From an uncultured Gammaproteobacteria bacterium (GTDB lineage Bacteria; Pseudomonadota; Gammaproteobacteria; Francisellales; CACEW01), in contig CACEWE010000005.1 of assembly GCA_902563055.1 (NCBI GenBank), positions 1-60,053 on the forward strand: a DNA stretch of 60,053 nt, read 5' to 3'. Of this stretch, positions 31,828 to 43,767 are shown one piece after another. A model generated the notes under the pieces. That model was given only the letters and a program-made list of their open reading frames with translations, had not been told where the DNA came from and did not search any database. Every line of letters begins with the position of its first letter. Positions within the stretch are counted from its first letter, which is position 1. The translations under genes were made by a program, and so were the position numbers.

Positions 31828-34662
31828 TTATTGGTCTTCTTCAATCATTAATGCTTCATTGACTAAAGCGGTTTGTTGTTCAAAATGCAAGGATGGGTAA
31901 CCCACCGCTGGCGCTGCAAAAGAGCTTCTTCCAACATAGTGTAATGTTTGATTATCTCTCATAATACGTTCTAAGCGATGCTTACCGGGATACCATGCTC
32001 CTTGGTTTAAAGGCTCTTCTTGCACCCAGCAAATATCTTTCACATGTGCATAAGGCTCTAAGATCTTAGTCAAAATTTCTTGCGGGAATGGATACAGCTG
32101 CTCTAGACGAATAATAGCAATATCGTCAATATTGGCATTGCGTCTTGCCGAGAGCAAATGGTAATACACCTTACCCTGACAAATCAAAACACGTTTTACT
32201 TTTTTTGCATCTATCTCGTCAATTTCTTTAATAACGGGCTTAAAGCTACCATCGGTAATATCTTCAATGCTCGACTGAACTAAGGGGTGACGCAGTAAGC
32301 TCTTTGGTGACATAATAATTAATGGTTTACGGAATTTACGCAATAACTGGCGCCTTAGAACATGATAAATTTGCGCAGGTGTCGTAGGGACACAAACTTG
32401 CATATTATCATGGGCACATAATTGTAAAAATCGCTCCAAACGGGCCGAAGAGTGCTCTGCCCCCATCCCTTCTTGGCCATGAGGCAATAATAAGGTCAAG
32501 CCAGATAAACGCCCCCACTTTTCTTCTGCTGAACAAATAAACTGATCAATCACCACTTGGGCCGTATTAACAAAATCTCCAAACTGCGCTTCCCACACTA
32601 CTAAGTTCTCCGGTGCTGCACATGAAAACCCATATTCAAAACCTAAAACCGCTTCTTCTGAAAGTAGGGAATCGATAATCTGAAAATCGCCTTGTTCTTT
32701 ATGGATATTTTTCAGCGGCGTGAATACTTCACCCGTATTTTGCTCATGAAAAACCCCATGACGGTGGGCAAAAGTTCCACGTCCGACATCTTCACCAGAA
32801 AGACGCACGCCGTGTCCTTTGTCTAAAAGAGACGCATAGGCTAATAGCTCAGCAAATCCCCAGTTAATCGGGATCGCTCCCTCTGCCATTTTTATTCGAT
32901 CACTATGGAGTCTGGCAACCTGTTTTTGTAATGCAAAACCCTCAGGTAGGGCATTAACATAGGATGCAATTTTATCAAATTGATTTTTTGTAATCGTTGC
33001 ATCATAAGGCATATGCCACTTGGCATTAGTGTAGGGCTCCCAACTCACCGTATACTTACGATTTTTATCATTATCAATAATATTGGCTACGCTATCCCCA
33101 TGTTCTAACAGCTTGCGATAATGACTTTTCATTTCTTTATATTCAGCCTCGCTAACTACAGATTGCGCTATAAGCGATTGCGCATAAAGCTCACAAGGAG
33201 GCGCGAGTTTTTTAATCACTTTATACATCATCGGTTGTGTGGCAGAAGGCTCATCCGCTTCGTTATGACCATGGCGTCTATAACATACTAGGTCAATTAT
33301 TACATCTTTTTGAAACTTCACTCTATAGGCAAAGGCAAGCTCTATGACCTTCACTACTGCTTCAGGATCATTACCATTAACATGGAAAATAGGTGCCTCC
33401 ACCATCTTACCAACATCGGTGCAATAGTAGGTACTTCTTGCATCAGACAAATGCGAGGTCGTAAAACCAATTTGATTATTAATTACAATATGTACTGATC
33501 CACCTGTAAGGTAACCCCGTGTCTGAGACATGTTTAAGGTTTCCATTACCACGCCTTGTCCTGCAAAAGCCGCATCACCGTGAATTTGGACTGCAATGAC
33601 CTCATCATGATTATGGGATCGTCGTGCTTGACGCGCCCGTACTGAACCTTCTACAACAGGCGCTACAATTTCCAAATGCGAGGGATTAAACGCTAAAGCC
33701 ATATGCATCATACCGCCTTCGGTTTGAATATCTGATGAGAAGCCATTATGGTATTTAACGTCCCCAGATAATAGAGCCTGATCATGCTTACCTTCAAACT
33801 CAGCAAATAGATCTTCAGGGCGCTTACCCATAATATTAATCAAGACATTTAAACGCCCCCGGTGGGCCATACCCACGACCATTTCCTTGACACCATTATC
33901 ACATGCCCTATGAGCAAGGTCATCTAAAAGGGGAATTAAAGCATCACCTCCCTCCAAAGAAAAGCGCTTTTGCCCCACATACTTCATACCTAAAAACTTC
34001 TCGAGCCCATCAGCTGCTACCAAACGCCGCAAAAGCCATTTTTTACGTTTAGGATCAAAGTCTTGATGTAATACACCGCTGTTTTCGATATTGTCACGCA
34101 ACCACTCGCGCTCCTCAAAAGAGTTAATATGGGTATACTCAAAACCAATAGAACCGCAATATATTGTTTCTAGACGCTTAATAATATCAGCAAGCGTTGA
34201 ATTACTCGTATCAAAACCTAAAACAGGGACATCAAACTTTTTGTTTAAATCTGCATCGCTTAAACCATGAAATTCTTTAGATAGATAAATAGCCTCAGAA
34301 CGCTCAAGCATATTTAGAGGATCGATGTGCGCGCGCTGATGTCCTAATGCCCTGTATGCAAACACAAGATCTATCACACCTGCAAATTTGTCACCGTCAT
34401 ACTTTTCTTGCATCGCATGATTAAGCACTTGTCGCTTAGATTGATACGCCATTTTTCTAAAATGTTCTCGAATTTGTGCATGATCGGGTTCTGATTGGGC
34501 ATCATCAGGCTTCATACTTGCAAAATATTCTCGCCATCTTTCATCCACTGACTTGGGGTCTTGTAGATAACGCATATAAAGGGTTTCTAGATATTGACCA
34601 TTATTACCCATGGCCTCTGAATGTTGCCACTTTTGATGCATGCCTAATTCTGCTTCTGCCAT
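31828..34662 (-). CDS. sucA: 2-oxoglutarate dehydrogenase E1
   Basis: [48 protein letters not shown]. Confidence 0.97.
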   Translation of the reverse strand: MAEAELGMHQKWQHSEAMGNNGQYLETLYMRYLQDPKSVDERWREYFASMKPDDAQSEPDHAQIREHFRKMAYQSKRQVLNHAMQEKYDGDKFAGVIDLVFAYRALGHQRAHIDPLNMLERSEAIYLSKEFHGLSDADLNKKFDVPVLGFDTSNSTLADIIKRLETIYCGSIGFEYTHINSFEEREWLRDNIENSGVLHQDFDPKRKKWLLRRLVAADGLEKFLGMKYVGQKRFSLEGGDALIPLLDDLAHRACDNGVKEMVVGMAHRGRLNVLINIMGKRPEDLFAEFEGKHDQALLSGDVKYHNGFSSDIQTEGGMMHMALAFNPSHLEIVAPVVEGSVRARQARRSHNHDEVIAVQIHGDAAFAGQGVVMETLNMSQTRGYLTGGSVHIVINNQIGFTTSHLSDARSTYYCTDVGKMVEAPIFHVNGNDPEAVVKVIELAFAYRVKFQKDVIIDLVCYRRHGHNEADEPSATQPMMYKVIKKLAPPCELYAQSLIAQSVVSEAEYKEMKSHYRKLLEHGDSVANIIDNDKNRKYTVSWEPYTNAKWHMPYDATITKNQFDKIASYVNALPEGFALQKQVARLHSDRIKMAEGAIPINWGFAELLAYASLLDKGHGVRLSGEDVGRGTFAHRHGVFHEQNTGEVFTPLKNIHKEQGDFQIIDSLLSEEAVLGFEYGFSCAAPENLVVWEAQFGDFVNTAQVVIDQFICSAEEKWGRLSGLTLLLPHGQEGMGAEHSSARLERFLQLCAHDNMQVCVPTTPAQIYHVLRRQLLRKFRKPLIIMSPKSLLRHPLVQSSIEDITDGSFKPVIKEIDEIDAKKVKRVLICQGKVYYHLLSARRNANIDDIAIIRLEQLYPFPQEILTKILEPYAHVKDICWVQEEPLNQGAWYPGKHRLERIMRDNQTLHYVGRSSFAAPAVGYPSLHFEQQTALVNEALMIEEDQ

Positions 34663-34671
34663 CGTATACTC

Positions 34672-35397
34672 CTATCCACCGCGCTTTAGTAACTTTGTTT
34701 TAATTTTTCCAATTGCTCGAGTAGGATTAAGACCCTTAGGACAAACCGATACACAGTTCATAATGCCATGGCAACGATAGAGGGAAAACAAGTCTTTCAT
34801 TTGGTCCAAACGTTCATCTGTTTTAGTATCCCTAGAGTCAGCAATAAAGCGATAGGCTTGCAGCAAACCTGCAGGTCCAACGAATTTTTCCGGGTTCCAC
34901 CAAAAAGAAGGACAAGAAGTGGTACAACAAGCACATAGTATACATTCATAAAGGCCATCAAGTTCTTCGCGCTCTTTAGGACTTTGCAAACGCTCCTTTT
35001 TAGGAAGCGGCTTATCATTTTGCAGGTAAGGTTTAATGTTTTTGTAATGATTGTAAAACTGATCCATATTGATGATTAAATCACGCATCACCGGAAGACC
35101 TGGCAAAGGACGAATCACAATAGGTTCTTTTAGAATTGAAAGCGGCGTAATACAGGCTAAGCGGTTTTTACCATTAACATTCATACCATCAGAACCGCAA
35201 ACCCCCTCACTACAGGAGCGGCGAAAGGCCAAACTGGGATCTTGTTGCTTAAGTTTCTCAAGTGCAGCCAACAACATCATGTTTTTATTTTCTAGCGTTA
35301 TGGTATACTCTTGCATTTTAGGCTTTTCGTCTTTACTTGCGTCAAAGCGATAAATTTGGAATTGTACTTCGATCGATTTTTTTTGTGTTTGTTCCAT
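34672..35397 (-). CDS. sdhB: Succinate dehydrogenase Fe-S subunit
   Basis: SCSEGVCGSD, CILCACCTTSCPS, CHGIMNCVSVCPKGLNP. Confidence 0.97.
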   Translation of the reverse strand: MEQTQKKSIEVQFQIYRFDASKDEKPKMQEYTITLENKNMMLLAALEKLKQQDPSLAFRRSCSEGVCGSDGMNVNGKNRLACITPLSILKEPIVIRPLPGLPVMRDLIINMDQFYNHYKNIKPYLQNDKPLPKKERLQSPKEREELDGLYECILCACCTTSCPSFWWNPEKFVGPAGLLQAYRFIADSRDTKTDERLDQMKDLFSLYRCHGIMNCVSVCPKGLNPTRAIGKIKTKLLKRGG

Positions 35398-35408
35398 ATT
35401 TCCTACTC

Positions 35409-37184
35409 CTAATACACCCGTTCTTTAACTTTAAATGCCTCCACAGAATCGGGTTTCATATTCACCTCTCGTTTGCATGTTTGATGATCTTTAGAAAAAT
35501 AAAGAGTATGTGCTAACCAATTTTTATTATCATGCTCTGGAAAATCTTCTCTGGCATGCGCACCCCTGGTTTCAGTACGGTAGTTCGCACTATAGGCGGT
35601 TGCCAAAGCAACCGCAAGAAGGTTATCTAATTCTAAGGCGTCAATTCTTGCCGTATTAAATGCCATAGAATGATCGGCTAAAGCCGCATCAGACAAGCGT
35701 GCTTTGAGCTCAAGAAGTTGCTTAAGCCCTTGCTCCATACTTTCGCCTGTTCTAAACACCCCAAAATCTTGTTGCATGATTTTTTTCATTTCAGAACGCA
35801 CTTTGTACAAACTTTCACCCTTTTTGTTCTTATCCCAATGGTAATAACGTGCTAAAGCAGCATCAGCCATAGATTTATTCTGTTTAACAGAGTCAATGCC
35901 CTCGTTAAGTGCACGCTCAACTTCTATACCTGCAGCTCTGCCAAAAACAACTAAATCAAGCAGTGAATTACTGCCTAAGCGATTCGCGCCATGCACAGAA
36001 ACACTTGCACACTCACCAACGGCATAAAGACCGGCAACACTTTGATCTTTGCCTTGAACCTGAGTGATAACCTGACCATGTTTATTAGTCGGAATACCAC
36101 CCATCATATAATGGCAGGTAGGTACAACGGGAATTGGTTTTTCAACCGGATCCACATGCGCAAAAGTTTTAGCAATTTCACGAATACCCGGCAATTTTTC
36201 CGCAATGAGCGCTTCTCCAAGATGGGTAAGATCAAGCTCAACGTAATCTAAATCTCCTCCTGGGTTACAACCTTTGCCTGCACGCATTTCCAATAAACTT
36301 GAGCGTGAAACCACATCACGGCATGCAAGGTCTTTTGCATTTGGCGCATAACGCTCCATAAAACGCTCACCATCACCATTACGCAATACACCGCCTTCGC
36401 CACGACAGCCTTCAGTAACCAGCACCCCAGCACCAGCAATGCCTGTAGGATGAAATTGCCAAAACTCAATATCCTGAAGTGGCAATCCAGCTCGAAGCGC
36501 CATACCTAGGCCATCACCTGTACAGGTGTGAGCATTGGTAGTAGATTCATAAATACGTCCTGCACCACCAGTTGCTAAAATAGTCGCCTTGGCATAGAAC
36601 ATAGCGATTTCACCAGTAGCGATAGAAATGGCACTCACCCCAGCCACATGATGATCATCGGCCATGATAAGATCTAGAGCATACCATTCATCAAAAAAGT
36701 TGGTTTCAGCCTTGATGTTTCCTTGATACAAAGTATGCAACAATGCGTGTCCAGTACGATCTGAAGCAGCGCAGGTACGCTGTGCTACTTTACTGGGATC
36801 AAATTCCCGGCTCATACCACCAAAGGCCCGTTGGTATATCTTACCGTCGTCTAAGCGTGAAAATGGCATTCCCATATGTTCAAGTTCAATAATAGCCTCC
36901 GGAGCCATTTTACACATGTATTCAATGCAGTCTTGATCGCCGATATAATCTGAGCCCTTCACGGTATCATACATATGCCAGTGCCAATCATCTTCATGGA
37001 CATTACCAAGTGCTGCAGCAATACCACCCTGCGCTGCAACTGTGTGCGAGCGGGTTGGAAAAACTTTAGATAAACAGGCAACATTTTTACCACTTTGAGA
37101 TAGAGATAAAGCTGCACGCATGCCCGCACCCCCTGCGCCGACAATAATGGCATCAAAAGTATAGGTTTGAACAGAACTACTCAT
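35409..37184 (-). CDS. sdhA: Succinate dehydrogenase flavoprotein
   Basis: [35 protein letters not shown]. Confidence 0.97.
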   Translation of the reverse strand: MSSSVQTYTFDAIIVGAGGAGMRAALSLSQSGKNVACLSKVFPTRSHTVAAQGGIAAALGNVHEDDWHWHMYDTVKGSDYIGDQDCIEYMCKMAPEAIIELEHMGMPFSRLDDGKIYQRAFGGMSREFDPSKVAQRTCAASDRTGHALLHTLYQGNIKAETNFFDEWYALDLIMADDHHVAGVSAISIATGEIAMFYAKATILATGGAGRIYESTTNAHTCTGDGLGMALRAGLPLQDIEFWQFHPTGIAGAGVLVTEGCRGEGGVLRNGDGERFMERYAPNAKDLACRDVVSRSSLLEMRAGKGCNPGGDLDYVELDLTHLGEALIAEKLPGIREIAKTFAHVDPVEKPIPVVPTCHYMMGGIPTNKHGQVITQVQGKDQSVAGLYAVGECASVSVHGANRLGSNSLLDLVVFGRAAGIEVERALNEGIDSVKQNKSMADAALARYYHWDKNKKGESLYKVRSEMKKIMQQDFGVFRTGESMEQGLKQLLELKARLSDAALADHSMAFNTARIDALELDNLLAVALATAYSANYRTETRGAHAREDFPEHDNKNWLAHTLYFSKDHQTCKREVNMKPDSVEAFKVKERVY

Positions 37185-37185
37185 A

Positions 37186-37533
37186 TCAAATACTCCATAG
37201 TAATTGGGCTAAAAAGATTAACATCGCCGCATAACTTAGGATAAGGGCGATATTGATTGTTTTAGCTAGAAATTTACAATGAATATAGTCCCCCACTACC
37301 ATCCATAAACCGATCCAAGCATGGATAACAATAAACAAAAAAGTTAGAAAAGTACCAAGCTTAAACCAAAAATTTGAACAAAGACTCATCCATGTTGCAT
37401 AATCCAAACCTGAATGCGTCCAGAAAAATGCAGCCATGAAAATGCTGTAGCTTAAAATAACAAGCGCACTCACACGCTGCAAAACCCAATCCCAAAAACC
37501 ACTACCGGTGAGTGAAAACAAACGCCCTACCAT
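37186..37533 (-). CDS. sdhD: Succinate dehydrogenase membrane anchor
   Basis: [16 protein letters not shown]...DY. Confidence 0.92.
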   Translation of the reverse strand: MVGRLFSLTGSGFWDWVLQRVSALVILSYSIFMAAFFWTHSGLDYATWMSLCSNFWFKLGTFLTFLFIVIHAWIGLWMVVGDYIHCKFLAKTINIALILSYAAMLIFLAQLLWSI

Positions 37534-37910
37534 ACATAAACTCCTAAACCAATAAGTGCAAAGCCAAAAAGGATTAAACAAACCAAGCTTGCCCAAAATC
37601 CAGATTTTTTCTCTTCAAAAAAACCGCAATCCATTAAAAGATGTTTGATGCCAAATATGGCATGATAAAAAAAGGCAGCTAAAAAAACAAAAGCCATGAA
37701 TCCGCCGCTAAAAGTTGCCAAGCATCGTTTCACTGCCATAAAGCCATCTGGGTCACGCACAGAAGCACACAAAAACCATAAAAGCCCAGGCAGGCTTAGA
37801 AAAACTAAAACGCCCGAAATTCTGTGACCGATTGACACCAAGGCAGTTAAAGGAAATTTGTACTGTAGAAGATCACGAACGGATACATTTCTTGGACTGT
37901 TTGAAGTCAT
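37527..37910 (-). CDS. sdhC: Succinate dehydrogenase cytochrome b556
   Basis: FPLTALVSIGHRISG, YHAIFGIKHLLMD. Confidence 0.92.
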   Translation of the reverse strand: MTSNSPRNVSVRDLLQYKFPLTALVSIGHRISGVLVFLSLPGLLWFLCASVRDPDGFMAVKRCLATFSGGFMAFVFLAAFFYHAIFGIKHLLMDCGFFEEKKSGFWASLVCLILFGFALIGLGVYVW

Positions 37911-38041
37911 ATATTTCTCACTCTTAATAAACAAACCTTGGGCATTATATCACAAAATTAAACACATGCTAGCCATATGCAGCATTTTTGATTTACAAAA
38001 ACAAAAAGCTACAGCAGCTATGTGCAAAAACCCGCCTTATA

Positions 38042-39523
38042 CTATTTTGCAGGAACACCCGGACTGAACTTAGCTCCACTAAAGGGAGAACGAAACCACC
38101 TACGCTGCCTGATCCCTGGACCTGAGTCAGGAGAACGCATAGGCGAGCGAAAATGAAGCCGAAAAGGAGAGTATGAAGATATAGCTGAACTAGAACCTTT
38201 AGCTGATTTTGTGACCTTGAAGACTTTCTTGAAAGTAAGAGGATCTGTAGTGAGCATTTCAAGACTTAAAGTAGCAAAGTTATTCTTTAGGAAATTTAAA
38301 GAATAAACATACTTGTCAAGCCCTGCAGCTAGATGCTCACACTCCGCGCCTAGCTTTCTAAACGCCCAGTGCATTACGGCCATGATCAGAAATATTTTTG
38401 CCTTAAGCCGCGAAATAGGATCTGCTATATCGTTCAAATACACCCCATTATAAAGCGAGAGAAGCTTATCATGTTTAGCAACACAAAGCTCAGCCTTTGC
38501 AACCGCTTCTTTCTTTGGCTGTGCTTGGCCAAAAAGCATTCTCCAGAGATAATTTTCTTGGGGCCTAAGCGCCTCCAGGAGCCCATAAAGATCGGCTAAT
38601 CTTTTTTGAGCCTGGTCTATGGAGTGCGGCATAACACTGGCCAAACATTCCTTATCCATATTGTTTTGCTTAAAACATCTAAGCTCCGCTATGTTATGAT
38701 ATATGGGTAGATCATACATGCTCATTGGCATAATATAAGATTTAAAAAGCATATGCACGCTGTAATTTGCATCATCAACACTTGCTGTCGTGATGATAAC
38801 TTGGTGCTGCGCATCAATAAAAAAAACCTTATAAAGTTTCTCCTCACTTAAACTGCGCACCAGGCCACATGCTTGATCATCATCAATATTAAAGGGATAA
38901 ATATCCACTTGCTGACCCGAAGGAGTTTCTCCAGATTTTATTGAAAAATGCAAGCCCTCAAGGCATGCTATATACTGAACACTTACAAGATCACCACAAC
39001 CTGACCATTTAAAATCTAAAGCTCCTGGAATACTAGGCAGCCTGAGCATTTCCCCAAACCTTCCTTCTGGCTTAGACAAATCAAAAATCTTAGCTTTTCC
39101 CAAAGGCACTGCACCTTCACCCGCTTCTTGAATCTTGAGAGTCTTTCTTCTTCCACAATAAACAACATCTTGTATAGGCGTTTCCATGAATTTTGTTAAT
39201 TCATTTTTCTGACCCGCGCCAATATTCCCAATATAGAAAATTGCATCATCCTCTGCTCCAAAAACAATACAGTGCTCTGCTAAAAGACAGGGAATCAATT
39301 TTCTTTCTGAGTTTTGTGAAATTTGATAAAAGCCACGAAGTTTAGGATGGCCATTGGCCACATGCTTTAGATTAAGGAAAACGCTTTGAGTGTATGCATT
39401 CAAAAACAAATATATACCAGACGTATCTTGGATGAGTATTAAACCAAGTTGTCTAGTCTCACCATCTTCATCTACAAGATCACTCTCTACAAAATAATTA
39501 AAAAAATTCAAAACAAAATACAA
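38042..39523 (-). CDS. Orphan protein between sdhC and gltA, candidate effector
   Basis: 493-aa ORF, start uncertain (TTG); basic Ser-Pro-rich tail. Confidence 0.65.
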   Translation of the reverse strand: MYFVLNFFNYFVESDLVDEDGETRQLGLILIQDTSGIYLFLNAYTQSVFLNLKHVANGHPKLRGFYQISQNSERKLIPCLLAEHCIVFGAEDDAIFYIGNIGAGQKNELTKFMETPIQDVVYCGRRKTLKIQEAGEGAVPLGKAKIFDLSKPEGRFGEMLRLPSIPGALDFKWSGCGDLVSVQYIACLEGLHFSIKSGETPSGQQVDIYPFNIDDDQACGLVRSLSEEKLYKVFFIDAQHQVIITTASVDDANYSVHMLFKSYIMPMSMYDLPIYHNIAELRCFKQNNMDKECLASVMPHSIDQAQKRLADLYGLLEALRPQENYLWRMLFGQAQPKKEAVAKAELCVAKHDKLLSLYNGVYLNDIADPISRLKAKIFLIMAVMHWAFRKLGAECEHLAAGLDKYVYSLNFLKNNFATLSLEMLTTDPLTFKKVFKVTKSAKGSSSAISSYSPFRLHFRSPMRSPDSGPGIRQRRWFRSPFSGAKFSPGVPAK

Positions 39524-39683
39524 TATTAATAAAATATAATTTAATGAAGATTAAAATACAAAAAAATCACTTATGCAAGCAGTGCACAATACCCTTACCA
39601 AAATCTTTCATACAATGCTTTGCACTTTGCAATATTTTTCGTATAATAGCCGCACTATTGCAATTGATTAAATGAGGGACATC

Positions 39684-40973
39684 ATGAACGCAACCGTCGA
39701 AACCAATACCACTGCCAACTTTGAAATAAATGGCAAAAGCTTTCAATTACCTATTTACCACGGCAGTGAAGGCCCTAGCGTGGTGAGTGTTTCCTCCTTA
39801 TCTAAAGAAGGGGTGTTTACGCTAGATCCGGGTTATTTATCTACCGCATCGTGCGAATCAAAAATTACCTTTATCGATGGTCAAAAAGGCATTTTGCTTT
39901 ATCGTGGCTACCCGATTGATCAACTTGCTTCAAAGAAAAACTTTCTTGAGGTTTGTTATTTATTACTTTATGGAGAACTACCTACGCAAGCTCAAAAAGA
40001 ACAGTTTGAAAACGATATTACCCACCACACCATGCTTCATGAACAAATGGTCCATTTCTTCAGAGGCTTTAGACGCGATGCCCACCCAATGTCCATTATG
40101 GTTGGGGTTGTGGGTGCCCTTTCTGCGTTTTACCATGAAAAACTTAATATCTACGATCAAGACACCCGTCTTGGCGTAGCCCATCGTCTGATTGCTAAAA
40201 TGCCCACGATTGCCGCCATGTGTTACAAATATGCCAAAGGCCAGCCGTTTATTTATCCTCAAAATCATATGAGCTATGCTGAAAACTTTTTACATATGAT
40301 GTTTGCAACGCCTTGTCAGGAATACAAGCCAAATCCAGTGTTTGTACGCGCATTAGATCGCATCTTTACTTTACATGCCGATCACGAACAAAATGCCTCT
40401 ACCTCTACCGTACGCTTAGCTGGTTCTACCGGCGCCAACCCATTTGCATGTATTGCTTCTGGCATTTCTGCCCTTTGGGGACCCAAGCATGGTGGTGCAA
40501 ACGAAGCAGCCTTAAATATGCTGCGTGAAATTGGTGATCCTTCGCGTATTCCAGAATATATTGCAAAAGCCAAAGATAAAAATGATCCTTTCCGCCTTAT
40601 GGGTTTTGGTCACCGTGTTTACAAAAGCTACGATCCTCGTGCGGCGGTTATGCGTGAAACCTGCAAAGAGGTCCTTGCTGAACTTGGCCAACTCAATGAT
40701 CCTGTCTTAGCCGTTGCGGTTGAGCTTCAGGATATTGCCGAAAAAGATCCCTACTTTATTGAACGTAAACTTTACCCTAATGTTGATTTCTACTCTGGTA
40801 TTGTAATGAACGCCATAGGCATTCCAACAAATATGTTTACGGTTATTTTTGCGCTTTCTCGCACAGTAGGTTGGATTTCGCATTGGAATGAAATGATTAC
40901 CGATCCTAAATCGCCGCTTAATCGCCCAAGACAGCTCTATACCGGTCATTCTAAAAGAGATGTTCAAGACTAA
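39684..40973 (+). CDS. gltA: Citrate synthase (type II)
   Basis: [38 protein letters not shown]; TATAAT at 39642-39647. Confidence 0.97.
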   Translation: MNATVETNTTANFEINGKSFQLPIYHGSEGPSVVSVSSLSKEGVFTLDPGYLSTASCESKITFIDGQKGILLYRGYPIDQLASKKNFLEVCYLLLYGELPTQAQKEQFENDITHHTMLHEQMVHFFRGFRRDAHPMSIMVGVVGALSAFYHEKLNIYDQDTRLGVAHRLIAKMPTIAAMCYKYAKGQPFIYPQNHMSYAENFLHMMFATPCQEYKPNPVFVRALDRIFTLHADHEQNASTSTVRLAGSTGANPFACIASGISALWGPKHGGANEAALNMLREIGDPSRIPEYIAKAKDKNDPFRLMGFGHRVYKSYDPRAAVMRETCKEVLAELGQLNDPVLAVAVELQDIAEKDPYFIERKLYPNVDFYSGIVMNAIGIPTNMFTVIFALSRTVGWISHWNEMITDPKSPLNRPRQLYTGHSKRDVQD

Positions 40974-41056
40974 GCCCTCAGTTTTTGTAGGAAATATGCC
41001 ATTATCATGCAATTTATTTGCCTAATAACTAGGTACACTCTACAATAACCCTACTA

Positions 41057-42346
41057 ATGGTCGGCAAGGATACCCTGTATTTGGATATTTTTTTAGCAAT
41101 CACTCTTGTATTTCTTATTGCAATATCGGCATTTTTTTCGGGCTCAGAAACCAGCATGACCTCCCTCAACCGCTATCGCTTACGATATCTGGCACGTAAA
41201 AAGCATAAAAAAGCCCAATGCGCCCAGTCCCTGCTTGAAAAACCTGACCGTTTATTAGGTATGATATTAGTAGGCAATACCTTTGCTAATATTCTTGCCT
41301 CAGCAATTGCCACCTATCTTGCTACGGAGTGGTTTGGCCAATGGGGACTTTTAATTATTCCGGTACTGTTAACTATTGTGATTCTTATTTTTGCAGAAAT
41401 CACCCCCAAAACTATCGCGGTTAAATTTCCAGAAGCCTTTGCTTTTAAGGTGGTTGGCGCTTTAAAATTTTTGATGAAAATAGCCTACCCCTTAGTTTGG
41501 GTTATCAATGGCCTGGTAATGTGGCTCCTGAAACCTTTCGGATTTGAACTACATAGTAATAAAAATGAAACTATTTCCAATGAAGAACTCCGCGCGGTAG
41601 TTACATCAGACAGCACCACCAGAAAAGGGCTATTGAGACAAAACATGCTTCTTGGTGTTTTAGATCTTGAAAAAACCACTATTGAAGACGTAATGGTCAT
41701 CCGCAACAATATTTTAGCGATCGATATTGAAGATGACTGGAAAAAGATTCAGCAAACCATTAAAAAATGTCCTTATTCGCGCATTCCGGTTTATGAAGGG
41801 GACCCTGATAAAATGATCGGTGTTTTTGCGCTGCGCAATATGCTTTTATTATCAGATGACGACCCCAAAGGCATGAAAAGCCATTTTAAAAGCCTATTAA
41901 ACCCCTGTTATTTTGTTCCTGAGCATACTCCGCTTGAAAAGCAGCTGATCAACTTTCAAAAAAAAGATGAACATTTAGCCATTGTTGTCGATGAATATGG
42001 CGATATTCAGGGTATCGTAACGGTTGAGGATATCTTAGAGGAAATTGTTGGTGAATTTAGTCATAGTGACCAACCTTCCTTGCACGACAACACGACCAAA
42101 CTTCCAGATGGCTCTTATATTGTACATGGCAGCATGACTATACGCGATATTAATCGCCAGTTAGATTTATCTATTCCTAACAATGGTCCTAAAACCTTAA
42201 GTGGTTTAATTACTGAGCAATTACAATCTATCCCTAATGCCAAAACTACTATCATCATTGCCGGTCACCCGATTGAAATAATTCAAGTAGAAGATAACGC
42301 TGTTGAATTAGCAAAAATACAGCCTATAATAAAAAACTCATTATAA
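41057..42346 (+). CDS. HlyC/CorC (CNNM) family transporter-associated protein
   Basis: SAFFSGSETS, ILVGNT, FAEITPKT, CBS VVDEYGD..GIVTVEDILEEIVGE. Confidence 0.92.
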   Translation: MVGKDTLYLDIFLAITLVFLIAISAFFSGSETSMTSLNRYRLRYLARKKHKKAQCAQSLLEKPDRLLGMILVGNTFANILASAIATYLATEWFGQWGLLIIPVLLTIVILIFAEITPKTIAVKFPEAFAFKVVGALKFLMKIAYPLVWVINGLVMWLLKPFGFELHSNKNETISNEELRAVVTSDSTTRKGLLRQNMLLGVLDLEKTTIEDVMVIRNNILAIDIEDDWKKIQQTIKKCPYSRIPVYEGDPDKMIGVFALRNMLLLSDDDPKGMKSHFKSLLNPCYFVPEHTPLEKQLINFQKKDEHLAIVVDEYGDIQGIVTVEDILEEIVGEFSHSDQPSLHDNTTKLPDGSYIVHGSMTIRDINRQLDLSIPNNGPKTLSGLITEQLQSIPNAKTTIIIAGHPIEIIQVEDNAVELAKIQPIIKNSL

Positions 42347-42361
42347 AAACCATTGAGTTCT

Positions 42362-43603
42362 ATGCGTCCAGATCTTAAATTCACCAAAAAAATATTAATG
42401 GCTATTGTTATAGGCTTTGCATTTGGCGCTGCGATGAAGTTTCCACCGCTCAAGGGCTTTGAGTCGTTTGTTATTTACTCCCTTATCGATTTTATTGCAC
42501 AAATGTTTATTATTTTCATGAAAATGCTTGTTATTCCGATTGTTTTTGTTTCTTTGGTTTGCGGGGTGATGTCGATTGATAATATCAAGACCCTCTCACG
42601 CATTGGCACTAAAACCCTATTGTTATATCTATTTTCCACTGCAATTGCCATAACGCTGGCGATCTTTTTTGCTAAACTGTTTCATATTGGCGTTGGCGCC
42701 AACTTTCCGCTTAAAGAATCATTTGAAATTGCATCTCCTGCCTCTACCAAGTCGGTTTTACTGGGGCTTTTGCCTAAAAACCCTTTTGCAGCATTTTCAG
42801 AAGGCAATATGTTACAAATTTTATTTTTTGCGATTATCTTTGCCGTAGCCATGAATATGGCACAGAAAAAATCAAGCGGCGTATTTGATATATTCAAAGG
42901 GCTAAATGCTATTAATTTCCAACTCATTTATATGCTCATGGCCATTACGCCTTATGGGGTTTTTGCTCTGATTGCCAAGCTATCACACCAATTAGCTTTT
43001 GCCGATTTCAAATACTTATTAGCGTACTTCTTTACGGTTATTTTTGTGCTGATTGTCCATGTTCTTTTAACCAATGGTCTTTTGTTAGTGCTTTTAGGGC
43101 GTATCAAACCCTGGCCTTTTTTCAAAAAGATTGTACCCACCATGCTTTTTTCTTTTAGCACATCAAGCTCCAATGCTTCTATTCCTGTAACGCTGCGCAA
43201 TGTCGAGGAAGTGATTGGAGTTGATAATCAAGTGGCTTCTTTTGGCATTCCACTTGGCGCTACCATTAACATGGATGGCACGGCGATTATGCAGGGGGTT
43301 GCAACTATTTTTATTGCTAATGTCTATAATATACATCTTGGACTACCAGCATTTTTAATGGTTATTTTAACCGCCACCCTAGCCTCTATTGGCACAGCTG
43401 GCATACCAGGTATTGGTTTAATTACCTTAGCCTTGGTTTTAAAGCAAGTAGGCCTTCCGGTAGAAGGCATCGCCCTTATTATCGGTATTGATCGTATTTT
43501 GGATATGATACGCACCGCGGTGAATGTAACCGGCGATGCCTCTATATGCACCATTGTAGCTAAAACTGAAAATAAGCTGGACCTAGATACCTATTATCAA
43601 TAG
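42362..43603 (+). CDS. Dicarboxylate/amino acid:cation symporter (DAACS)
   Basis: [37 protein letters not shown]. Confidence 0.95.
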   Translation: MRPDLKFTKKILMAIVIGFAFGAAMKFPPLKGFESFVIYSLIDFIAQMFIIFMKMLVIPIVFVSLVCGVMSIDNIKTLSRIGTKTLLLYLFSTAIAITLAIFFAKLFHIGVGANFPLKESFEIASPASTKSVLLGLLPKNPFAAFSEGNMLQILFFAIIFAVAMNMAQKKSSGVFDIFKGLNAINFQLIYMLMAITPYGVFALIAKLSHQLAFADFKYLLAYFFTVIFVLIVHVLLTNGLLLVLLGRIKPWPFFKKIVPTMLFSFSTSSSNASIPVTLRNVEEVIGVDNQVASFGIPLGATINMDGTAIMQGVATIFIANVYNIHLGLPAFLMVILTATLASIGTAGIPGIGLITLALVLKQVGLPVEGIALIIGIDRILDMIRTAVNVTGDASICTIVAKTENKLDLDTYYQ

Positions 43604-43616
43604 GCTCATGCGCTAT
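43299..43616 (+). repeat. Direct repeat, copy 1 (3' end of the DAACS gene)
   Basis: Nearly identical to 47103-47419, including the stop codon and taggctca.gcgctat. Confidence 0.9.
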
Positions 43617-43671
43617 TATTTCCACAGAGGAAAAATAATAGCAAAATTACGGTTAAGCTCCTGTTGTTCAT
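43606..43671 (-). CDS. 21-aa hydrophobic small ORF (possible signal-peptide relic)
   Basis: TAAGGAGGTT-ATG; MNNRSLTVILLLFFLCGNNSA*. Confidence 0.3.
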   Translation of the reverse strand: MNNRSLTVILLLFFLCGNNSA

Positions 43672-43767
43672 AACCTCCTTAAGCATAATTATGGTGTCTA
43701 TTCTTTTGACTAAAAGCCTTTAATTAGTGCACTTAGGGCGCATAAAGCACTACCCTTTTAAAGGATT

